Below are positions 10,401 through 22,626 of a stretch of 64,000 nt of DNA, piece by piece. Under the pieces are notes generated by a model, which did not search any database, was not told the DNA's origin, and saw only the letters and a program-made list of their open reading frames with translations. Location: positions 310,001 to 374,000 of the forward strand of contig NOWV01000011.1 of NCBI GenBank assembly GCA_003344405.1, written 5' to 3'. Position 1 is the stretch's first letter. Every line of letters begins with the position of its first letter. A program made the position numbers and the translations under genes. This DNA is from Trichoplax sp. H2 (lineage: Eukaryota).

Positions 10401-13062
10401 ATCAATTCAGAGATTGATCGCCAATTACGGATTGCTACATTTATACCCGCAAGTGCTGGCTCACCAGAATCGGAAGAGCTTCTTGGTGTTAATAACGAGA
10501 TGGATAGGTTATATAGTACTGGAAAAGCCTGCAATGGGACTAGTAAGATATTACCTTTTTGCTAAAATCTCACTTAATGACTATAACTGATTTATTTAAC
10601 AGTACTGCATTTTGTTGGTTTCTAAGTACTGTACATCAAAACTATGATCGACCCGTAACTATTCAATAGACAATTAGAAAAATAACGAAAATAATGTGAT
10701 TTATTGAAACATTAATGTATTTGAATTTCATTTTAATTTACAGCATGTTATTCGTTAAATCCTGGCTTGGATGGAATTTTAGCGAAGTCCAGGGATTATA
10801 ATGAACTACTTTTCGCTTGGCATGGCTGGAGAAATGGTACCGGACCAAGTATCAAGCCTTACTATATAAAATACGTTTCATTAATGAACACCTTAGCTAA
10901 ACAAGCAAATTATAGTGATGCAGGTTTGTTCACTTTCTGTTTCCTATAATAACTTGTTTTGTCGTAATTAATATTTTAAATCTCAACTACAGTTGATGCA
11001 ACGCTACTAGAAACAACAAAATATTAAAATGAAATACATGTAAATTCAACGTACATTTAGTCGCACCCTTTATAAACAGCGTATGTACCAATCCTACTTA
11101 TAGGTGCCAGATGGAGATCCAGATATGGCAATAACTCCAAAGCCTTTACTGACAATGTTCAAAAGTTATGGTTACAATTGAAACCGTTCTATCAAAATCT
11201 GCACGCTTATGTTAGAAAGCGATTAAGAGAAAAATATGGTGCCGATAAAGTCTCACGCACAGGTCCAGTACCCGCTCATCTCTTTGGTAATATGTGGGCA
11301 CAATCATGGATTAATATTTATGATATGTTGGTACCATATCCCAAAAAGCAAATATTGGACGTAACTGATGAAATGGTTAAACAAAACTATACGGTCAAGA
11401 AAATATTTGAAGTAGCTGATGAATTTTTCGTCAGTATGGGTCTAGAACGTGTACCTAAATCCTTCTGGAAGAATTCTATGCTTGAAAAACCAAAAGATCG
11501 ACAGGCAATCTGTCATGCATCCGCTTGGGACTTTTACAGAGGAGATGTTAGGTGTTTACTCTTTTCAAGTTCTGTTACTATCACTATAATACTGTAGTAA
11601 TATTAACTTAAACACGGATTAACTGCTAAGCAGCACAGTCAAAAGTTTACTTACTTTGAATTTTAAACTGAAGAAATATTGATTTACTGACAATTTGATT
11701 CATTACTTATCTAAAGGTGTGCATTTTTTATTTTTAACGAATATCTGTCTTTTTTAGGGTTAAAATGTGCACACAAATTAACTTTGACGACTTCTTAACC
11801 GTCCATCATGAAATGGGCCATATTCAATATTATCTTCAGTATGGATTCCAACCCTTGAACTACAGATCCGGAGCTAACCCTGCTTTCCATGAAGCTGTTG
11901 GTGATACTATTTCTTTGTCCGTCACAACACCTGATCATTTAAGGAAGGTTGGACTACTAAAATCCTCTGAAAACGATCAAGGTAAAAATAAATTATTTGC
12001 CCATGACTAAATGCGTGAAGCAAATAATCTACTTTAAATGTGTGATATCGATAGCTGTAATCTTTTCCCATCCTGTCTGGGTAATTATATAACTATTTGT
12101 CTTTTACAATCAGCGTAATTTGCTATTTACTGATTACAACTTTAGAAAGCGCTATCAATTACCTGATGTTGCAAGCTTTGGACAAGATTGCATTCCTTCC
12201 ATTTGGATATTTAGTCGATCAATGGCGTTGGAAGGTATTTGATGGCTCTATCACTCCTGAAAATTACAACAAAGCTTGGTGGGAACTACGAACCAAATAT
12301 CAAGGTATTATACCGCCCGTTTCCAGAACTGAAGAAGATTTTGATCCTGGCGCGAAATATCATATCCCTGGTAGTACTCCATATATTAGGTAAATATTAA
12401 CTGATCACTTTATGTGCCGATATATAATTACAAACCATTGATGTACACTATGACTATGTTACCACCAATTATAAAATCGTTCTATACACGTATAATCAGA
12501 TTGTTTTTTAATTTGCATCTGATCGTCATGCTTTTGATACTATTTACAGGTATTTTATTAGTTATATCATTCAGTTCCAATTCCAGAAGGCGCTTTGCCA
12601 AGCTGCGGGCAATACACAGCCATTATATTTATGTTCTGTTTACCAGTCCAAAGAAGCCGGAAAGAGATTAGGGTAAACAGTATGAGTTCGAGATTTTGCT
12701 CGAAAACAATTACTCCATTTTAAATGCAAAACGTCAAAAATTTTTACGCTAGCTAGACTAAATTAAAATATCCTCTATATAGAGATATGTTGAAATTAGG
12801 TAGAAGTAAATCTTGGGAAGATGCTATGGAAGCCATTACTGGTCAGCGAGAGATGGATGCTTCAGCAATTGTTGAATACTTCAAACCACTTGATGACTGG
12901 TTGAAGGAACAAAATAAGGACGAAGTTATCGGTTGGGACACTACTACCACGAAACCGCAAGTAACTACACCGTCTACAGGGTCTGCCGGTCGTGCTTTTA
13001 CATGGTCTACTTTATTCATCGCATTGTTTACATGTTTAATTGCATTTGATTTACGTTGGTAA
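7410..13062 (+). CDS. ACE: Angiotensin-converting enzyme-like peptidyl-dipeptidase A (peptidase M2) with two catalytic domains, 12 exons
   Basis: Exons 7410-8470, 8727-8950, 9177-9420, 9572-9697, 9856-10025, 10195-10542, 10744-10923, 11104-11551, 11758-11981, 12146-12389, 12550-12672 and 12783-13062 are all GT-AG bounded and phase-compatible. Signal peptide ([21 protein letters not shown]). Motifs [21 protein letters not shown] / HHEMGH, GANP(G/A)FHEAVGD and [15 protein letters not shown] occur in both domains. Confidence 0.96.
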
Positions 13063-14933
13063 ATTTTATAAATGACTTTTATGAAAACTGTTGTTTAATT
13101 TATAGCTCACTATTTCGGATAATTTTTGTAAGCCATTAGTAGGTTTTAATTTGTGTCAACTTGTTAAATGAATGAATAAATAATATGTTACAACCGGAAT
13201 GCGTTGATCGCCTATGGTATACATGAAAACGTTGCCATTATAATATGAAATTATTTCTGTTCTGCGAATCAGTTTACCCCATTATTTACTCCTTGCTTAC
13301 AGTCGTATTACCTTATATGTGATCATTTTCACTAGATCCTATCTTGTTTCGATAAATGTTTATTTGATATAATAAAATGATCGATTTAAGAAAGGGCCCA
13401 ATTAATCTTATATTTGGGAGCATTTCTATAGCTGGTATAGTACAAGCAACATTGCAACTTTAACGATCTAGAGCTATTGATAGCCTATGCCATACGCAAA
13501 ATTTTTTTAAATGTGAAATTCGACGGTTTGTCTTAGTAGTAAATTATCATCATCACTTTATATTGGATGATTACCATTCTATCAACAACTAATTATTAAT
13601 TTGGCTATTGCAGTATCTTCTCTATTAAGAGCCCAGTAAAGAAAAGGGATCCGATTAATTAAATGCTAAATATAGAACAATAACTGAAACATTGAAACGC
13701 CGATAGTGAGCGTAAAGTAAACTAAATCAGTTCTATTTAATAGTGTTATTCAGGTAGTGTTATTCCCATGAATTAATACGTATTAAGCTTTCTCTTATTA
13801 TAACGTGTATTATTTACGATTTAAAAATTTCGATTAAAGCAATGTTCTAGTCAAAATCTGATATGAATACTGCTCCTTATACCTTTGCAATGTCTTATTA
13901 TTAATGTAGGATAACTCTAATACATAATCAATGCTAGTAATGCAAATTTCAGGTTGAATTTGGTACACCTAAAAAGACAGACTAAATTCATCGTAAACAG
14001 CAACGAAATGACGATTGTTACTATAGTGCATAAATTTATAAAAGTACACCAAATACGATATAATCAATATCATACTTTAAATTTGAATAACAGCTTGAGT
14101 AAATAAATTTACAATTTCAATAATTCGTTTTACCAGCTTCATTATTTCTGGTACTTACCATATCCTAAATATACTTTAAATGAAACGGATTTTATAGACA
14201 AATTCAAAGTTTTAAAGTTCGATATTGTCGTTATTATGAATATTCAATTGTATTACTGTGCTAAAATTTTGAGTAGGAAATAATTAGACAATTAATTTAT
14301 TAAATAAGATTGTACCGAAATGCTTATATCATGGGTAAAGTTCCTGTTGCAGTCATTGAAAAGCCCTCTTATCGACTGTGCCAGTATAAGGTAGTATCTG
14401 ATGATATTAATTATTTATTACGCTTTTTGTTTCAAAAGCACAATGATTTATTATGATAGTCAAGTGATAATAAATATCTAGCGGCATTAAGAATAGCTTT
14501 CATCACTCGACCAATCCTAAAATCTTTTACTGGTTTTCTTCTTTGGAACAAGCTTGAAATATACCATTTACTTTTTACCGGCGACTGATAAGTTTAAAAA
14601 TGATATTTTCCCTTCTCAATGCATCACTAGACTTTATATCAGAAGCATCATGATTTGGTAATACTTGAGTACAGTATTTAGTTATAAGATAGAATCAGCT
14701 AATTGTACATAAAAGGGGTTATTGGAATAGCAGGAGTTTACTCATTACTAGATCCTATCGATTTTGCTGTTAGTATGATGCAGTATTTAATATGCTTTCT
14801 ATTTATTACCCAGTAAAAAAATTGCTGAATTAAATTGCGACTGTATACGAATAACGTATCACATAAATAGTATGCTGTACTCTATATTGTATTTAAGTGG
14901 AAAATATGTGAACTATTTCTATAACCTCTATAT

Positions 14934-14946
14934 TGCTGAGTCAGCA
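14934..14946. promoter_or_regulatory. Perfect Maf recognition element (T-MARE) TGCTGAGTCAGCA
   Basis: Exact 13-bp match to the TGCTGA(G/C)TCAGCA consensus, extended by flanking T/A to a 15-bp pseudo-palindrome. Confidence 0.5.
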
Positions 14947-17900
14947 AGAGCAATAAGTAATTTGTAAGAGCGCGCGGAATAGTGTTTCTTGATATCCTTT
15001 GTAATAATTATGGATAGTAAGTAAACTGCAATTAGGTAGTTCTTTTGCAATTTAAGTGGCTCTATAAGATTGAAATCTTTAAATCCGATACTTTGTACGC
15101 AAGTTTACTTTGTAATTATAACGATGAAGAGTTTTACGTCATTTTACGATATGCTTTAATCATTGATTGTCTATTTGTCTATGCTTGATCAATGTACAGT
15201 AAAGTACTTACAAAATACAAAAAAGAATTAGTAACAAAAAGCTTTTCTCTCCAATTGCCTAGAATATCCGAAGTCAATATACAACTATTTTTCAAAACAA
15301 TAACTCGTTATTATGGTAGGTGCAAATGTTATCGAGTGTAGATGGAGGTGTCGTAAACGTAAATATGTTGTGATAACGATAAAATGTTGGAATTAGATAT
15401 CAACTTTTTCTTCTTTGCATAATTCATGCAATTAATAATTTTTCTCTTCTTTCAGCTATTATTATAGCATAACAAATTAAAATTTCAAGATATATAACAG
15501 CCAATTTCTAGATTTACGATTTAAATAACTTTGATTCACGAAATAAATTGGCAAGACTAATAATGAGAAAGTCTATTATAATAATAATTGAACTGCGTTT
15601 CGATTATAAGAACCAAACATTGAATATACAGTAATTATCGGTCATACTAGGATACAATAGGCAAAAATGAATGCAAAATTTTCGTTTAGGTAGTCCAGTA
15701 ATGGAATACCTGTATTCTTATCATACTTGTATACTTATATATTTGCTTTTTTATAGCCTATACACTTACAACATTTCCTTTGAAATAAATTATTACTAAT
15801 TTTCGACAGCTGCTTGGATGGAATTTCTATCGGTGAATTTTACTCTGAATATGCCACGGAGAACTAAAAGGAGTTTTCTTAGGTAGTCGCATAGGGTACT
15901 TATTACCTCCACAAATAATAATTTAGTAATGAGTGCTCACAATCACACAGTATACATGTCTAATGAAGTGTCGGCTAAAATACTTAGCTTTAAAATGAAA
16001 GCTATTTCGTTAAGATGCTAAATGTGCACATATCTAAATATGAATACGCGTAAATACCACATGCTATTCTTAGACGAATAAATACTTTAGTGTCCGGATC
16101 ATCTCTGGTAATAAATTTACAGTATCATTGTATCAGTATATTTTTAATACACCCGTTCTTCTCCTTCTAGATTTAATAGCGTTTACTTGTATAAACAAGT
16201 GATTTTTTTCTACTTCGTTTTTCGATTTTAAGCTGGTAATGGAATAAATAATTAATTAATTTATTGTAGAGTCCCAATATTAGGAGTAATCGATTCGATA
16301 TATCCAATTCTGCCATTTATTATTATTTATTGAATAAGTTACATCTATATCAATAATTGAAACATCAGAATAATATACTGTGTAGCTTTTTAAATGATTT
16401 ACTAAAACCTTTTAGAGTGATTAATAGATAGTTATACTCTCATTCCGCGTATTACATATAAATAGAATACATAGCTTACTAGAATATCGTATTAAGTACA
16501 GTACTCCCCCCCCCGTATACACGTAAGTTTATTCACAAACTACATATACTAGATTCAGTTCTAATAAACAATACAGAAATGAATATTATTGCAAGGATAA
16601 TTAAAAAAAGTTCTATTAATTTTTGCCTATGGGTAATTTGAATAAATTGTTGATATTTAATTATCATAGATTTTTTTAGTATTTGCGTCACTGGATACTG
16701 TGTATTTCAACAATGGATATGAAATAAAAGTTCCATTTCCGATATTGATTTAACTTCCGTGAATACTATTGGTAATTTTTAGTAATTATTCGTATAATTA
16801 GCAATACTCAGTTACTCGCTTTGCCTAGTACCATAGAATTTAGATTTAGACTGTGCTATTGTTGTCTGCGTCGTTTAATAGCGAGTTGATGTATTAATGC
16901 CGTCGGAAATATTAGCATATTACAATTTCTATGTTTAGATAAATGTACAGCAATTTATGTATATATGTTCAATATAGGCATATTATCTATATTTTCTAAT
17001 AATACATTTGATTTATTATTTTATTAACATTAGTATAAAATATCTATCCGTACTATATACAAAATATAGTATAATATTTCATAATGACCTTCTTAAAGGT
17101 TGAATGTAAACAGCGCAGTTAATCAAAAATCTTTAATAGAGTTTTCTTTTACACTACCTTATATTTTAAGTAAATTCGGTACTTACACGTATGTTCAATA
17201 AATTGTCACAAGTAAATTATCAATATCCAACACAATGTAGATAAAAAATATTCTTATCTTGAATGCACTTTTATTAGGTAACTCTTACAAATCTATGCTC
17301 GCATGTATTGGTTAATTGGTGATAGGCTCAAAAGTTCATGTAGCTAGGGCATCAATACACTGCATACAGTAGTATACTACATAAATTATTTGTCAATAAT
17401 AAAACATACAATCATATCTCAGCTATAGTCGATATTAGAAGCTTTTGAAAATTTATAATTTAACAAAATATTGAATAATATGTCAGAAAATCATCTATTG
17501 TATAATATTCTATACAATAACATGTTTGTATTTTGAAATTGATGAGACTAAGTAGATGAGTACGTTTCTAGAGTATATATACTTTGATCTATCAAGAACT
17601 AAGTGTGACTTTGATTTAGGATGCTATTTTTACTATAGTAAATAAACTGAAAACCCTTTGAATTCTTAAAAAATTTTTTACTGTAATATGAAATGCTACA
17701 GTAAATAAGACTCCCATTGCAGCTGGTACAATAAATTTAATTTGCGTTCCGGTTAATTAAAATGCCTACACATAGTCTGCTAGAGTATAGGAAACAAAAT
17801 ATTAATTATGCAGTTCAATAAAAAATTAGTTTCATCTACCATTGATAATACTGCTCTAACGCGAATGTTTAAGATAAAAAATACGATGACTTAATTATCA

Positions 17901-20900
17901 TTTCTATTAATAGAAGTATATGACTTAGACTCAGAGATATATTTATATCACAGCAAACAAGGTATCTTATGTAGTATTATTAATGTAACAACAACAGTAA
18001 CTTCTGCAAGCTGAATAATAGGAACTAATTGGAAAATTTTATGAGAGCGTAGTTAGAAATAAACAAAGTTAAGGATAAACTGACTTTTCATTCAAGTCTT
18101 AGAAATTATGAAATAAAATAGATTTATTATATATACATATGTTTCCTTTGTTCTGCATTCGTAGACTGTGACGGAAAGCAAATATTACATGTACGGTTAA
18201 AATTTTTACTGCTCTTCTTTTCATAATGTAGCTGCATTTGCTCAGGTTTTCTACTGTATAGCGAAGTTTTGAATAGTTCAGTAGTGATACTACACCAATT
18301 GTATCGTTTTCTGTAATACAGTAATTGAGTTGAATTACAGTGTAACGATACTTTATGCTAATATAAAAATGTAGCTATTTTTCTTTTATGATGGTACGCA
18401 ATAGATTATAATATTGGCATATAACTCATAAATCTTGAAAATACGTCAGAAAATTTGGGTATACTATTTCTCAGATACTCCTTCAAATAACGATTATTTA
18501 ATGTTTGTTTTCAACTGCTTTCTATGCTAATTAACTAGGATATACAATGAGCTCAATATGACATTTAAAAGATCTACTTTATTATCCATTATTACTATAT
18601 TTTATCAAATTGATTATCGATACCTACAGCTAATAAATCAGTATATGCGTAAATTATCATGTATAGTTTTTTCGTAAGCTGAAATCGTTATGAGACTTTT
18701 ACATTAACTACATTGTCTGTTTATAGAAGCTAGTGTATCAACAAAATATTCACTACTATCAAATTAGCCTACTTTACCCACTATAGAGTAGGAATTGTAA
18801 AGTAGGGAAGGACGTAATTTATGTTCAATAGCAGGACTATTCTGGTGTTAATAATAGTGCCTTAGAAAAGATACCTGATGAGGATAACGTTGTGCAATTG
18901 TAATCTTTCATACAAATTTTAGTATAAAGTACGACTACATATATAGTTTGGCAATTAGTGATTTTATGCTTTGAAGGCATATTTTTAAGTATTGTGTTAT
19001 TGTTTCAGCTTAGTTTTTGTATTACCGAGAGCACGGTGGTACATCCTTTTCAAGCTAATATAATTAGCAATTACTTCTAACGAAGAAAATGTTCAATTAT
19101 AAAGTATTCACCAACAGTCAGAATGTCGTATTACATCCTAAACCTTTTCTAGTTAATATTTATTTAGCGAGTAAGCATAAATAATTGGATGTGATTCACG
19201 TATGTGATCATTATTGTTAGGCAATGTCAATTTAGAAGTTTCTTCAAATATGAAGAAACTTTCCTAGATTTAGCTTGAGCAAAGAATTGAAAGTACGATA
19301 GCGTGCAATTGTCTACATTTCAATATACGTACGTATATAGTACTAGACTAATGAATCAACTCATATATACTGTATATAATTTGAATTTCTATACTAATTT
19401 TACTAGTCCACAACAATAAGATTTATTTAAAAATGCGTGGTTATATTTACGAATGTCCTTGTATGGCCATCTGCAATATACAGTATTAGATTATTAAACA
19501 GACACTGCTAATTGCAACTATTGAACATCCATTGATTTATCTATTCCTGTTCTTTATCGCATCAAGGCCTCTTGCCAATTTCAATAAGTTACCAATTCGT
19601 AAAGATAGCAGTATATATCTAAATGAAACAACTTTTAAAAATTTTCAAGGATTAAACTTTAATGATTGCAGCTCTTATATTACTATTTACCGTGTACTAC
19701 AAATGAATAATACGAGTACATATGGTAAAATTCTAATAGCGATTTAGTATATAAATCCTCCAAAAAGGATATATGAGGTTACAGTAGGCAAAGCTATTTC
19801 ATCTTCTAATACCCATTCTAACCTGAACTGTGCATAGTACTATACAATGCTTAAGAACATGCAGTAGTATGAGATAAAATGCAGTATAATAACGATTGTT
19901 CGAAAGTGCTATTCATAATTATTACTCATTTTATATCGATGTTTAAGTTGTGGCATGTGAGAGATAGTGATATAGCATACAGAACCGAGCTAAGCGATCT
20001 GCTTTAGTAGGGTAGATACTACCTAAATTTACATAAATTTTTTCCTATAGCCATGCCGTGCTAAATTAATCCAACGACATCACAGTTTTAATAGGATATT
20101 AATTAAGATAGTTCTTTCTGAATTTGTAGGCTGATGAAGGCTAATTACCTCCATATTAGTGAGCACTTACTAAAATAAAAATGTCAAATACAACGTATAC
20201 TCGTGGAATTGCTAGGATTTACGATTAACTCGATTGGATTAGACAGATGAGAAAAATGATCATGCTAATGAATAATTTAAATGATGCATTATAACTGACT
20301 TATTTCAGTAATCGGGACGATTACTATGCTATACGAGTGGACGTAACCGTAGTTTTTTTGCATCATTCAGTAGATGGCCAGTACAAAATTGGTAAATTTG
20401 AGTCTATTTTACAGCATTGCTGAAGATGTGTTCGAGAAAAACTTCCGTATTATCGTTACATGAGTTGCAAAATAACTGTATCACTGTGAATTATCGATAG
20501 TTGGCTACTGTACTTTATGTATTGAAATAGCAATTTTCGTGTAGTCATTTGGATATATCTGGAATCGATTATTAATCTGACTAGTCGAATCGTTGCTCGT
20601 AATAACTACCAATCATGGTATGCTTGTCTGGAACTATGCAGTTACTGTATACTATATACCGTGCATAGTGTAATTATATTGATGGGGGTATTGAAAAGGT
20701 TCTTATATTTATGCGCTTGTTGCCTCGTTTATAAAAACTACTGTTGCATTGAGCATTAGTTATTAGGTTGTACAAGAAATATTTCATAGCTTTTGTATGA
20801 TCGCAATTTATTATCCTTGTATCACTACTCACCAATCGTTGAGCAATAGAGACAACCGCATGAGTGAGACTCCATTTTATATCAAAACCCCGTTCACTGA

Positions 20901-21094
20901 CACAAAAATGGAGATTTTAGAGTTCATTAGGGGCTAATTCAATGTTAGGACAGTGCCTAATGTAAGCACCACCGATTTTTTGCTAAGTGTACACTAGACT
21001 AAAATTGGAGTGAGGATTCAATGAATTTGTTTACAATGAATGGGGAGTAGCTGATTTTTACCGCTTTCGATATATACAGTGTACATTAGGCCGC

Positions 21095-21235
21095 TTCAGA
21101 ATGCACAAAGTTATAAAAAGTCAATCTTTCGACAATTCCATATTATATTCGCTGTCGTCCATTTTTTTCCAATTTTAATACGACATGATATGGAATTATC
21201 GAACCATGACTTTTTTCAACTTTGTGCATTCTGAA
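21095..21235. repeat. Long imperfect inverted repeat (hairpin / MITE-like)
   Basis: TTCAGAATGCACAAAGTT (21095-21112) is the exact reverse complement of AACTTTGTGCATTCTGAA (21218-21235). Pairing continues imperfectly inward for about 50 bp in total. Confidence 0.8.
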
Positions 21236-21303
21236 TCTGTATCGTGGGTGCGGCCATTTTTGTTTATGAACTTCCCTCGATTTCTGTACTCAAGTTGAGA
21301 ATC

Positions 21304-21731
21304 AACACTTGAATTGGTTGTCTACTTTTGCGAAATTGTGTATTTGGAAATATTATCCTTCTGCCGAGGCGATCCAAGTTCAGTATAAACTATGGCTGAG
21401 TAACGAATTAACATAACGCTTGAATTGGTTGTCTACTTTTGTAAGATTGTGTATTTGGAAATATTATCCTTCTGCCGAGGCGATCCAAGTTCAGTATAAA
21501 CTATGGCTGAGTAACGAATTTAACACTTGAATTGGTTGTCTACTTTTGTAAAATTGTGTATTTGGAAATATTATCCTTCTGCCGAGGCGATCCAAGTTCA
21601 ACATAAACTATGGCTGAGTAACGAATTTAACACTTGAATTGGTTGTCTACTTTTGTAAAATTGTGTATTTGGAAATATTATCCTTCTGCCGAGGCGATCC
21701 AAGTTCAACATGAGCTATGGCTGAGTAACGA
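21304..21731. repeat. Tandem array of 4 x ~107-bp near-identical units
   Basis: Units start at 21304, 21415, 21522 and 21629 (AACACTTGAATTGGTTGTCTACTTTTG...GCCGAGGCGATCCAAGTTCA...CTATGGCTGAGTAACGA) and differ by only a few substitutions. Confidence 0.95.
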
Positions 21732-22143
21732 CTTGACATAAGTCTTCTTGCGAGGACAGTACAGCACTGTATAATATATAATCTATCAGTCGTCAAGGTG
21801 AGCACAGTGAAGATGTATAGGACCTATAGATACAGTACAGTATTGGCGCTTGAATCAAGTATCGTCATCCAAAGCTAAGCGTACTTTCTTGGACCACACC
21901 TAATATCTTGGTCGGTTTTTCCAATTTTCCAAGATCAATAAACGATTAACTGATGCTTTTATTCAACAAAATGGCAAGCAGGCCTTTGTACCATCGTCCA
22001 AATTGGCTCATACACTACAGAATACCAAACACTATTTGATGTTCTCCATTTTCAGATGTTTATTTTTGTTTACCTGAAGCTATTGTTCACTCTGGATATT
22101 GGATAAAAGGCAACATGATGAAGACTTTTGTAAAATAATATAA

Positions 22144-22174
22144 CCAATAGGAGGACTGGCAGTAGGACCACGTG
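22144..22174 (+). promoter_or_regulatory. Putative RasGAP proximal promoter (CCAAT box and E-box)
   Basis: CCAAT at 22144-22148 and CACGTG at 22169-22174, about 450 bp upstream of the ATG. Confidence 0.3.
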
Positions 22175-22626
22175 ATCGATAGACTACTTTAAGAATCTTT
22201 CATTGAGTTATCGCCAGTTAATTGCTGACGTTTTGTATATCGTACAATAGTACAAGCTACTTGAGTCTTGTGCGTTTTTTTAAGTAATTTCCTTAAAAAA
22301 GCTTAGTTAGATTGAATTTACTGTTAGTCTATTAAGTAACTATTAAGTTCGCCACTTTGCAGTAACAGTGGATGTCATAGCGAATAAAGTCAATCATTTT
22401 TGTAATTTATTAATCTAAAGTTACAAGGGGTACATTCAGTAGATATCAAGATCGTGTGCTTATTAACCATTTTTATTTGACTAGTGATCGTTGTCGTTTG
22501 GGTAAAAAGGTATTGTTTTACTTTAAATGTTTTTATTCCATTTTGGATATACATTATCAAAGTGCGAGCTTTGTCTTCTATTACACAGCCATCATCATTT
22601 CTATTACATACCACATTTGAAAGATT

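Noticed and set aside
10173-13062. Second ACE domain as a separate gene
   Set aside because: It has no signal peptide, and a phase-1 GT-AG intron (10026-10194) joins it in frame to domain 1.
19236-19261. Short hairpins (also ~3872-3893 and ~18768-18806)
   Set aside because: Stems of 9-11 bp in AT-rich DNA are expected by chance, and bacterial-style terminators are irrelevant here.
21304-21731. CRISPR-like array or Pol III/SINE repeat
   Set aside because: Units are contiguous with no unique spacers and there are no cas genes in this eukaryotic context. The A-box-like TGGCTGAGT and GTTCA words do not form a proper A/B-box pair or cloverleaf.
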